Source: Azolla caroliniana (Eukaryota; Plantae; Polypodiophyta). Taken from it: DNA of 64,000 bases. Positions 13,135 through 24,644 of this stretch are shown in pieces; positions within the stretch are counted from its first letter, which is position 1; each line of letters starts with the position of its first letter. The stretch is taken from positions 8,308,001 through 8,372,000 of the forward strand of contig JBHGNT010000014.1 in the NCBI GenBank assembly GCA_043228905.1. The letters are read 5' to 3'. Position numbers and translations under genes: made by a program. The notes below the pieces were generated by a model. The model did no database searches and had not been told where the DNA came from. It saw only the letters and a list, made by a program, of their open reading frames with translations.

Positions 13135-13472
13135 CTTCGTCACCTTGCCGCCACCGTTAGTATCTTGGTCTTACGTCGACCGCGTTGCCGACTGCCGAAG
13201 TCTCTAGAACCGGTGTGAAGGATCCTCCGTAGACCGCCCGTCCGTAGCCCCTTTGCCTTCGTCACCTCGCCACCACCGTCAGTATCTTGGTCTTACGTCG
13301 ACCGCGTTGCCGACTGCCGAAGTCTCTAGAACTGGTGTGAAGGATCCTCCGTAGACCGCCCGTCCGTAGCCCCTTTTCCTTCGTCACCTCGCCGCCACCG
13401 TCAGTATCTTGGTCTTACGTCGACCGCGTTGTCGACTGCCGAAGTCTCTAGAACTGGTGTGAAGGATCCTCC
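13135..13472. repeat. ~122-bp tandem repeat, ~2.8 copies
   Basis: Unit starting CTTCGTCACC recurs at 13135, 13257 and 13379. Confidence 0.85.
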
Positions 13473-13729
13473 ATGGGCCTCCGATTTGTAGTCCCGACGT
13501 TGTCCCGGGTCGTCCTTTTCCGCATGCTGAGAGGGCGTTTTGTTCCGCATCCTCTCCCGTGGTACCGGCGTACCGTCTCCTCGGCCTCTCCATAGGCCTG
13601 CTCTCTTCCTCCCTCCCGGAATGGTCATCCGGGAGTCCGCTCCGCCCGGTTCTCGTCCGGGTCCGTTCGTCCTTCTCTGAATTGCCGGGTCCCATTCTCC
13701 TGTCGCCACCGATCTCTCCTATAGGACTT

Positions 13730-14056
13730 TGTTGAGCGGCAAGCTCAACCGGAGCCGGATCGGCTGAATAAGCCGGAGCCGGTAAGCAAGACGGATCGGG
13801 CGAAACGGATCGGTATGACGATGAGCAACTGAACCGGCAAGTAGTGGAGGCCGGGTGCAATCCGTAACCGGCAGTCCAATCGGAAGCCTAGAATAGGATA
13901 GACTACTAGGTATCTATAGTCTCGTAGTAAGTGTCAGATGCTCGTGTGAGCATTGAAGTACATGGTACTTCTATCAGTCCCAAGAGGACTTGTATAAATA
14001 GTGCTACTTAGCACAGTGTGTATGTACAGAGTCTTGATATAATTTTGAAATTACGT

Positions 14057-14103
<47 letters not shown>

Positions 14104-17100
14104 GCTCTCTGTTTTACGTTTCCGCAAACACTCACGTTTACATGGTATCAGAGCGCGAGGGTTGAGAACCTCTGCTGCATACATTTACTTTTGAGAAGAA
14201 AACCCTAACAGGTCGAAAACAGACACAGTAGAAGACATGGACAGAGGCATGGCTACGTCGCTCCAGGTGGAGAAGCTCGACAGGAGCAACTACGCATCCT
14301 GGTCTTACAAGATGCACCAGTACCTGCTTGGACACGGGTATTGGAGTTATGTCGAAGGAGCGAATGATGCGACGCTAGACTCGGCACACAAGGACTTCCC
14401 GGTATGGGAACAGGTGGCAAGCAGGGTGATGTACTGCTTCGCGTCCAGTGTCGGCGATCAGCTGCTTAGCCACATCCGTGATGCCAAGACACCGAAGGAT
14501 GCTTGGGGGAACCTGAAAAAGGTTTTCGCTGCAAGCACCACTGCCCGGAAGTTGCAACTCAGACAGGAGTTGAGCAATGTTCGACAGAAGAACATGTCCG
14601 TGGCAGACTACACGAGCCGGATAAAGGAGATTTGCGACTCACTCGCCTTTATCAATGTTACCGTAGAGGAAGACGAGGTGGTGCAGGTATGTCTCGGAGG
14701 CCTGGCGTCCAAGTTCGGAGCGTTCCAGACTGCGGTGTGTACAAGGGAGAATACCCCCTCATTCTTAGACTTATAGTCGATGCTCCTTGTAGAGGAGAAC
14801 CACGCTAGTGCATCTACCAGTGCATCCCCGGACAACCGAATGTTGTACACGGGAACGGATTGGCTCCATGGGTGTGGTAGAAGAGGTGGGTCGGCACGCA
14901 ATAGAGGCGGCCGGCAAGAGCAGGAACGGAGGCACTATGAGCGTGCCGACAGCAGTTCCGGGACTTCCACAAGCAGGGGGAGTCAAGGCGGTGCCGGAGG
15001 CCGGCAAGACAAATCCGCTACGGAATGCTGGTACTGTGGCAAAAAAGGCCACAGGGAAAGCGAGTGTTGGAGAAAGCGTGCAGATTCGGACAAATCCGGA
15101 TCCGGCAAGACCGGTAAGGATGGCCGGCAAAACTTGCACTACGCAAACGGATCAGGAGGATCCGGAACCGGAAAGGCCGGAAAGGGGCCAACCTTGGTGA
15201 TGAATCACAAGGCAAACTCAATGAAGAAGACCACTTCCAAAACGGAGGAAGTGTGGTATGTTGATTCCGGCGTGTCGAACCACATGACAAGCCACAAAGA
15301 GTGGTTCTCCTTTCTGGAGAAACCGGATCAACCAGGAGTAGTCGAAACCGGAGACGACACTCCTCACCCAATCGTGCACGTTGGAGAAGTCCCTCTAAGC
15401 CATGTCAGATAGAAAGGGAAGCTGATAAATGTATTACACGTTCCGACAATCACGAAGAACCTGGTGTCCGTCGGTCAGATTGTCGACCAGGGGATGCAGG
15501 TGCGGTTTACGCACCTCGGGTGCTTCATTGAGGATGAGGGCGAAGTCATTGCACAAGGGCGCAGAGACGGGAGGATGTTTATTCTTAACACCAATGACTT
15601 TGGCACCGCTCTGTTCGCGAAACGACAGAAGGTCGAGTCGGACATCGACCTGTGGCACAAGCGGATAGGCCACGTCAACTACTGGAGGCTTTAAGATCTG
15701 CAAACGAAACAAGTCGTTTTCGGTTTGCCGAAGTTCAGCGGCCGGAGAGCCGAAATTTGTGAAGCCTGCCAACTTGGGAAGCAACACCGGCTTCCATTCC
15801 CCACCGAACGGAACCGGAGCCGTAACAAGCTCGATCTACTCCATTCGGATGTGTGGGGACCGGCACAAAGTGTGGGGGCCGATACTTCGTCTCCTTCATC
15901 GACGACTATACTCGGCATACTTGGATCTACCTCATTGAGCGGAAGAGCGAAGTCTTCGACTGTTTCCGGAGCCTCTAGAAGATGGTGGAACGGGAATCGG
16001 AGAGGAAGATCAAATGCCTTCGGTCGGATGGCCGAAAGGAATATTTTTCCGGCCAATTCACTAGTTATCTGCAGCAGAAGGGAATTCGACGAGAGTTCAG
16101 CCGCCTACATACAAAACCGCATTGGTGATAAGGTGTCAGCTCATGAGCTGTATTTCGGGCGCAAGCCGAACTTGAGACACCTTCGGATATTCGGCAGCAT
16201 AGCGTATGTGCATATGCCGGATCAGAAGCGGAGAAAGTTGGATGCAAAATCGGAAAAATGCATCCTAGTCGGCTATGCTGAAGAGCAAAAGGGGTATAAG
16301 TGCTATAACCCCCGGACGAAGGAAGTCCGAGTTAGCCGGGATGTCGAGTTCGACGAATCAACATCCTGGTACTCCGTACCGACTCCGACTTCCGATCCTG
16401 ACCCAATGCCAGAAGATCAGGCCAGTGAGCCTGAATCAGCCTTGGAAGAGGATGATGAAGCTGGGACTCAAGATGAGAGTCCGGAATCGTTGCGGTTGAG
16501 TGGACCGAACGAGCGACGGAGTCGGTTGGACCAGTCAGATGAAGAGACGGCAAGTGGTGGAGACTCTGCCGTGCTCTCCCCGCGCAAGGAACCAAGGAAA
16601 CGGTCCACGCGCAAAGAGAAGGGGAAGAGGAAGATGCCGGAATTCGAAACCGGCAACAATGAGTCGGATCGGTGCGTATCCGACTCTGGAAAGGAGAAAG
16701 GCAGATCTTCAGCAACGAAGACCGAACTGGCCAAGAAGGGCCTCAATTCAGGTGACGGTGCGTTGCGCCGATCAACCCATCAGAAGGATCCCGTCGTGCG
16801 GTACGGGTACAATGAATACATGGCGCATCATTATGCGTACATGACTAAGGTGACAGAAGTGCGTGAGCCGGAGAGCTACGCAGAAGCGGCAAGGGACGCA
16901 AATTGGCGTACCGCTATGGACGAAGAAATGAGGGCACTCGATGCCAACGAAACTTGGGATCTAGTTGATCCTCCCTGTCACTGTAAACCGATCGGATGCA
17001 CAAGGTCAAGTACAACGCGGACGGTTCTGTTAACCGGTACAAAGCCCGGTTAGTGGCGAAGGGATACGCGCAGACCCACGGAATCGACTACGACGAGACC

Positions 17101-19424
17101 TTCGCTCCTGTGGCGAAGATGACGACGGTTCGTGTGGTACTGGCGGTTGCTGCGGCAAGGGGGTGGCATCTTCACCAGATGGATGTGAAGAACGCCTTCC
17201 TTCAAGGAGAGCTTGAAGAAGAAGTCTTTATGACTCAGCCCCCCGGATTTCAATCGGAGATGAACAAATCGGCGGTATGCCGACTGAAGAAGTCGCTTTA
17301 CGGCTTGAAGCAAGCCCCCCGAGCTTGGAACGCGAAGATCACGCACCGGTTGCGTAAGCTGGGGTTTGCTGTCTCTAAGTCGGACTCTTCGTTGTTCATC
17401 CGACAAGGCTCTGACGGTCCGGTATGTATACTCTTGTATGTGGATGATTTAGTCATCACCGGACCGGGTCTTCCCGAAATCAACCGCGTCAAGTCCCAGT
17501 TGTCGGACGCATTCGAAATGAAGGACCTGGGGGACCTTCATTATTTTCTTGGGATCGAAGTGATCCGGACCCCCGACGGCATATTGCTCTCACAACGACA
17601 TTACGTGTTGAATATGTTGTATAAGTTCGGCATGACGGATTGCCGACCTGTCTCCACACCCCTGGACCGGCCTGCAATGAGAAACGGTTCCGACAGGTTG
17701 TCGGAAGCCTGATCTACTTAACCATCACCCGACCCGACATCAGCTATCCGGTCGGCATGGTAAGCCAGTTCATGCAGAAGTCGACCATGGAGCACCTTCA
17801 GTGCGTGCAACGAATATTACGGTATGTCAGCGGCACTAAGGACCAGGGACTGCTATACCGGCAAGGTATACCCGAAGAGCTTGTCGGTTACACAGATGCT
17901 GACTGGGCCGGCGATGCGTCTGATCGCCGCTCCACTTCCGGATACATGTTCTCCATAGGTAGCGCGGCCGTTGCGTGGAGCAGCAAGAAGCAGCCCACAG
18001 TGGCTTTGTCAAGCACTGAGGCTGAGTACCGGGCCGCTACCGTTGCCACCTGTGAAGCCATCTCGCTTCGGCGACTGCTGCGAGACTTGAGGATCGAGGT
18101 ACCGACCCCGATCCCGATTTACTGCGATAACATGAGTAGCCTGCAGCTCGCCAAGAACCCTGTGTTCCATGCTCACACAAAGCACATCGAGGTGCACTAC
18201 CACTTCGTGCGTGAGCGGGTCCTGAACGGTGAAGTTGACCTACGGTATGTTCATACGGATCGGCAAGTTGCCGACATCTTCACCAAGCCGCTCGGATTGG
18301 ACAAGTTGCAACACTTTACCGACATGCTTGGTATTCAGCATCTCGATGTGCCGCACTTGAGTGGGAGAAGCAAGGGCAAAGTCTCTACCGAAACGGGCAA
18401 AGGCCAAAAACCTGTTGAACCCGTCGGTAAGAGGAGAGCCGGAAGAAGAGGAGACAAGAAGATGAAGAAAGCCGAGTCGACGAAGGAAGTCGACACATCC
18501 GAACAGGTCGGAGCAAGCGGCTGTGAAGAAGAGTTGTGCACTCAGGAAGAGAAGCGCATGCTCTGCGGAGGTCATCACGACGGTACTGACCATGATACAG
18601 AGTCGAATGAAGAATTCGATTTCGGTTCACCGACTGAAGAAGCCGAGGGAAGCATGGAGAAGGCCAAGACTTGGAAGTGGTCCGATGTGGTGAGAGGCCT
18701 GACGCCGGAAGTCGAATCGGAGTGTACCGATTCGGACAAGAGCTGGAACGAGTCGGAGACAGCTGACTCGTATCAATAGATGGATCCGGATAAGACGGAT
18801 CGACTGAAGGCCAAGGGGACACGGACACAACGGAAGTCGATGCCATCGTGGGAGAACCGACAGATCGGCAAGCGCCGGAGTCACAACAACGTGAGTGCTG
18901 AGATGGGCCTATTGAGCAGACATGCCGACCGAGAGGGTCGAGGCGCGCAGAACCAAAGGGGTCGCGGCAAACAGGACCGGACCGGACGAGGAGCGCGAGC
19001 AAGGCGGAGTGAAGCCAGGAGAAGTCGGTTGGAAGAACCAACTGCCACAGAGGTCGACACTACGACCCCACCTCAGGTTGAGCTTGAGGGGGAGTGTTGA
19101 GCGGCAAGCTCAACTGGAGCCGGATCGGCTGAATAAGCCGGAGCCGGTAAGCAAGACGGATCGGGTGAAACGGATCAGTATGACGGTGAGCAACCGAACC
19201 GGCAAGCAGTGGAGGCCGGGTGCAATCCGTAACCGGCAGTCCAATCGGAAGCCTAGAATAGGATAGACTACTAGGTATATGTAGTCTCGTAGTAAGTGTC
19301 AAATGCTCGTGTGAGCATTGAAGTACATGGTACTTCTGTCAGTCCCAAGAGGACTTGTATAAATAGTGCTACTTAGCACAGTGTGTATGTATAGAGTCTT
19401 GATATAATTTTGAAATTACGTTCT

Positions 19425-19481
<57 letters not shown>

Positions 19482-19525
19482 GTGTTGTTCTCTGTTTTAT
19501 GCTTCCGCAAACACTCACGTTTACA
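13730..19525 (+). mobile_element. Ty1/Copia LTR retrotransposon, both LTRs present, decayed
   Basis: LTRs 13730-14142 and 19095-19525; PBS-Met 14143-14154; PPT GAGGGGGAG 19086-19094; 5-bp TSD GACTT on both sides. Confidence 0.96.
14237..18779 (+). pseudogene. Copia gag-pol with stops, frameshifts and an integrase-core deletion near 16090
   Basis: CWYCGKKGHRESEC; WYVDSGVSNHMT; LWHKRIGH..CEACQLGK; LHSDVWGP; QMDVKNAFL; LYVDDL; YTDADWAG; KHIEVHYHFVRE. Confidence 0.93.
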
Positions 19526-22500
19526 GACTTATGCCGGCACTCGGGCTGGCAGCCAGTTCGGTTAGAGGAACTCCATAGGACCGGCTCTCATTCTCGTTCC
19601 AACTCTCGACCTTCGCCCGGTCGGTCTTTCTCCCCATGTAAAAGAGGGCGGCTCGTCCCGCACCCTCTCTCGTATCGGCACCTTCATGCCGAATCCGGCC
19701 CCGATCGGACGATCCACGACCAGATTCTGCTCCATACGAATCGGAATGCCGATCTTCTCGTGTTGCTTCCGTCCTCGGCCTCCTCGTGGGCCGTTTCCCA
19801 TCCATCTTCACTGGCATCGTGCCAGGACTCCTCAGTACCGCCATCCATCTCCTCGGTCTTACATGGGCATACGGGCCCGAATGCCGAGTTCTCCGGAATT
19901 GGGTCCGTGGGCTTTCGTCCGCTCCCTCCCCGTATAATGTCGCCGGTGATTCTTGGCCTTTCGCTGCCGCCTTCCTCCGCTTGGGACTCACGTTGGCACT
20001 CAGGCCCGACTGCCATCGTCTCGGGAGCAAGTGTGGGAAGACACAAAGAATCGTCTGTCCGTTTCGCGCCCTTGTCCGTAGCCACCGACTCTTCGTGGTC
20101 GGCGGTCGTCTTCTTACCGATCACGCAAGCCCCACCTGGGCTTGTTTCTCCGATGACCGGGATCTCGGGCTGACACGTCCGAAACCGCTGGTCCCAACAT
20201 TTCGATTCCGCGATCGGTATCTCGGCCTCGTCCTTGGCCGTTCTATCTCTGCAAGTCGAGAGGGCGTTTTGTTCCGCACCCTCTCCCGTGGTACCATGGT
20301 ACCGGTCTTCCGCCGTCGCGTGGGGCAAGTCGGTCTTTTCAGTCTCGGCTTGCGGCCTCCATCTTTCCTCTTCCTCGAGCATCGCCTCGAGGGACGCGTA
20401 CGCCTCCGCAATCCTGGCCCCAACGCCGACCCTTGCCGACTCTCTTTGTCATTCAGCCTCTTCCCGCTGTGATGGCACACCGTCGTGTACCTTCCTCTTA
20501 GCCTTCTCGACTCGCTCGTCGTCTAGCCGTTGGCACACCCTTCCGACCTTTGACCAGTCCTCCGTAAGCCCATTTGCTCCATCATCGTCTTCGAGCTCAA
20601 TCCCGATGGCCTCCCATTCCGCTCAGTCGATCGACCTAACGAACAATAGGACCTTGTCCGCCCCCACCAAACCTTGTTCCCGCTCCGGGAGCCGAGCAAG
20701 CCGCCACTCAAACTCTCGAAACGCCTTGGCCGCGCCCCGGTGGGTCTTAGCCGATGCTACCCACTGGTCAAAGTCGTGCCGTCCCCGGCTCTTCCGCCGT
20801 CCTCTGTATGCCTTCAGGAGCGCCTCTTTGAAGGCCTCCCACAAACTATGAGCCTCACGGAGCTCCTTCATTTTCGCATGCATCCGGACAGCTACGACCC
20901 GACAGAAGAACTCCAGCCTCAATGCCTCGTCTATGCCACGCTCCTCCATTTCCGCGTTGTAGGCTTCCAAGTAAGATGGGACTTTGTCCCCGTTGAAACG
21001 GTCGACTCTTTCGACCACTCGCTCAACTGCCTGTTGCGCTGCTTCTCGCCTCATCACCACTCATGCCGACTCCAACACCACTTCGGCTACCATCTCCGCA
21101 AGGTCGTCGTCTTCCGACTCCATCCTCCCTTGCCGCCTTTCACGTCGGGTTCACCAAAGATGTCGTGTTGTAACGCGCGTGCGTGGAGAAAGGCGGGACC
21201 ATGGGGTCTTGGACTAGGGAGTGATGGAGCGTAGGAAGTCGTGCTTCACCGTTTCTGGGGGATCCCAGAAGAACACCGGACGCGACCGAAGGGAGAGAGA
21301 GAGAAAGAGAGGGAGCGCGCTCTTAACACCGACTCACGCACACACACACACACATGCCGACCCGACTCACACCCTTATGTACAGGAAACGCAGGAAAGGG
21401 GGAGCACCCGACACCAACAGAGACACGAATATACACAGACAGACGGAAATGTATATATATAAAAGAAGAATACATTCCCAGCTTCGAGCCGGACTGAGGT
21501 AGGTTACAGTAGTCGTTTGCTGCCAAGCCGCCGTCGGGGAGCTCTCGGCTCATCGCGCCGAGCGGGGTTTTGCACAAGAGGCCGCCAAAGCAAACCCTAA
21601 GCAGAACACGAAGGGGGAAAAGAAGAAGAAGAAGAAACTAACCCTAAACCTAACGGTATACCCTCGAATGCAAAATGGGCAACCGTTTCACAAAGGGCGT
21701 TCCCTTCCTTTTATAGAACAAGGAGAGGGATGCGTTACAATGTGGGATAAATCTCGACTTACATGGGATCGTCTGTCCCGACTTTACTACTCTTCGCGCC
21801 ATAAAGGCGCCCTCAATATTCACACTAAATGTACATGGGTGCGTACACACGCTGCACCCCGCCGATGTAGCCAATGTTTCCCGGTTTCCGCCTCTAGCCG
21901 AAATTCTTCACGACACTGGCCGATACTAGTTCGGCTCGATGAGCTACATTAATACAATGTTGATTGCAATATCTGATGCATCGACGAACGCATGGAATGG
22001 ATGTGTCTAGTCCGGGGGTTGGACGACTAGTGCTTGCATCAACATGACTTTCAGAGCCATGTATGCCTTTTCCTTGATTTCTATCCATTTGAACGACCTG
22101 TGATGTACCACTAGGTGTAGAGACGTAGCAAAGTCAGCGAGATAACGCAGCATCCGACTATGCCGTCGAATCTGTCCTAAGAATTGACTCAAGGCTTTGC
22201 TTTTTTTGGGGCCGGTGCCTCGATTATTTCCTTGATTTTCCCCAGTTCCACTCCAATGCCTTCGTTTCTCACTATATGGCCTAAGAATGTGCCACTTGTC
22301 ACTCTGAAAGCACACTTGGCCGGATTGACGCTAAGCCTCGTTGATCTACATAGCTCTAAAAATAACCGCAAGTGCCAAAGATGTTCACTCCGTGTGCTGT
22401 AAACTGCAAAGTCGTCGAGAAATACTTGCATAAAAGCTAGTATGTACTCGCCGAATCTTTTTGTGACTATTCTTTGAAATGTCGCTAGCGCAATTTTGAG

Positions 22501-23879
22501 GCAAAACATCATCATGACAATGAATAACACACCCCAATCTTTTACGAACGCTGTCTTCTCTTGATCGTTAGGGTTCAAATCTAGTTGTAACTATTGAAGC
22601 CATCTAAAAAGTTGTACATCTCATGACCATCTATACCTTCCAACACCCCATCTATGAATGTTAGAGGAAACGCGGCAAAGATCGTCATGGTATTCAATTT
22701 TCTGTAGTCGACGCACACCCGAATTTTCCTGTTCTTCTTTAGAACTATGACGATCGGACTCGGCCAGGTCGCCTTCTTGATAGGTCGAATAAATCCAAAT
22801 TTCAATAATTTGTCGATTTCTTCCTTTACGCAAACCACGTAATTCGGATTCATTAGGTATCGATGATGTTGGACGGGCTTGATGTTTGTTGAGAGATGTA
22901 TCTCGTGCTGGTAAAATTTTGGGTCAAGCCCATTAATATCTTTGTGTGACCAAGCAAAAACATCCTTGTATTCCCGTACCAGCTCGATCATGGTCGTTTT
23001 TTCTGAGGTCGGTAAATACTTTGCAATGGACACTGGTTGCGGTTCTTCGGTATTTCCGAATTTGATTTCTACTAATGCCGAAGTCATGACTCACTGAGAC
23101 ACCTCCATTTTGCGGTCGAATCCTTCTTGTGCTCGTCGGAGCTCTATGACCGACTCCGTGTCCAATTCACACCCGTCTTCTTCGGCCATCATGGTTTTGG
23201 AGTACGCATCGGTTTTGAACAGGGGTATGACAGGGGTATGATCCACGGGTTTTCGTCGAGGTAATTGTCCACTTCTTCATCATCTAGGCCTTCTAGCATG
23301 TGGATTTCTTCCTCAATGGGGTTAGCTTTTTCGTTGTTGACGCACTTTCTTAAATTGGCACCCGAATTTTGGTTCGGTCGCGGCGAAAGCTAATATTATT
23401 ATGTTGCCAATTTTGTTTAATATTCGTCGAGCGCAACCATGGTCTTCCTAATAATATGGGGTACTCTCGCGGTGCAACCAGAGGTAAAACCACCCGATAT
23501 TTTAAACGGATGGTCGCCTACAACGATTCCAAGTTTTTGCAACAATCCCAAAGGCCGAATGGATTGGGTGTCTGCCATGTAGAGCCAAAATGGGCACGCT
23601 TTCCAAGTTGCGACATTGAGGCAGTTGCAGGTCTCTCTAATGATGATGTTTAGCCCGGACTTTGTGAAATGGGTTGTGATAGCTTGTGGATGCACCTTGC
23701 GTATTCTTTCTTGCCTCTACTGTTTGACGGAGCCGCAGGACTAAGTTTAACAATTTCCTCATTGAAATCATAATTTGGCAGTCCGTGGTGACATCATCCA
23801 CTCACAATGTCAACATGGCCACGTCGGTTGTGCTCTCTTGCCACATTCATTCGAGATTCACATCATGTTTGCTTTTTCG

Positions 23880-24074
23880 ACCCATGATTTGCTGCTTTCA
23901 AGATTTCGTCCTGGACATGTCAGTCACAGACATTCGGAATGCTCTGAACTTCGACACCAAACCCCAAAGGCAAACCTGCACCTTCTCATCCTCCTCGACG
24001 GTCACATTGATGGAGGTAAGGGAGTCGCAGATCTCCTTGATCCGGCCTGTATAGTTAGCCACAGACATGTTCCT
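23880..24074 (-). pseudogene. Short Copia gag fragment
   Basis: Reverse complement of ~23940-24072 aligns by eye to ~14590-14730 (NMSVA.Y..RIKEICDSL). Confidence 0.7.
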
Positions 24075-24200
24075 GAAAATTTACACTAGTTACATGTTGA
24101 TGAATAGTAAAAGGGTTATGGTTAACACTTCGTAATTTATTCTCCCTATGTTGTTTTAGCTCTAAAATATAGATACCTAGTGTCATAGACACGATGGAAT

Positions 24201-24260
24201 GTAAGGGGTTGAACCCATGACCTCTTGGTCGTATTGGGCAACCTTACCAATTGAGCTATA
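24201..24260 (-). promoter_or_regulatory. tRNA-like A/B-box cassette in Tcn1-like LTR, antisense (copy at ~29245-29303)
   Basis: TAGCTCAATTGGTAAG...GAGGTCATGGGTTCAACCCC. Confidence 0.65.
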
Positions 24261-24633
24261 TTCCATCTATGCATTATTGTATTGTATAAGTTTCAACTTA
24301 TTACATTGTAAGTTAATCACTAGAACTTTCAAGAAACTTCTAGAGAATGCATAGACATGCACTCTCTAGAAGTTTCCATGCATTCTCTAGATGTTTCCTA
24401 GCTTACATGGATACCACCACATTCTTGTATAAATACTTCGGTGCACCTTGATTACAATCAAGGTGAACAACACCAGTTACGGATGCATAATTTAGTTCTC
24501 GCTCTTTTTTCTACCCTCTCTCTCTCTCTTGTTCTCTTGTCTATGCTCCTCTCTATCTATATATCTATCTTTCTCTCTTTGTTAATATTGAGCTCGCCTA
24601 CTTGTCCTTGCCCTCGTCTATGTCCGTGATAGT

Positions 24634-24644
24634 TTGTTCACCTT
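24634..24644 (+). promoter_or_regulatory. Self-priming PBS (Tf1 type)
   Basis: TTGTTCACCTT is the exact complement of AAGGTGAACAA (24460-24470), which starts 32 nt after the start of TATAAATA (24428). Confidence 0.75.

Larger units (their letters stand above)
11389..21915 (-). mobile_element. Non-autonomous Trp-primed Ty3 derivative (degenerate gag only), carrying a nested Copia
   Basis: LTRs 21161-21915 and 11389-12098 (~45-bp indel between them); PBS-Trp 21139-21156; PPT-like GGTGGGGGCGGA at 12110->12099; TSD CCGG/CTGG; gag remnant VERVDRFNGDKVPSYL at ~20480-21120. Confidence 0.9.
7690..23770 (-). mobile_element. Old degenerate non-chromoviral Ty3 (pro-RT 21916-23770; RH-IN ~9780-11388; extra ORF ~7700-9500), split by the 11389-21915 insertion; no LTRs found
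   Basis: IRVCVDYRKLN, FLDGF, VFLDDF; host YRPVYY restored across the insertion; clear homology to pol and extra ORF of the 58435-64000 element. Outer boundaries approximate. Confidence 0.8.
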
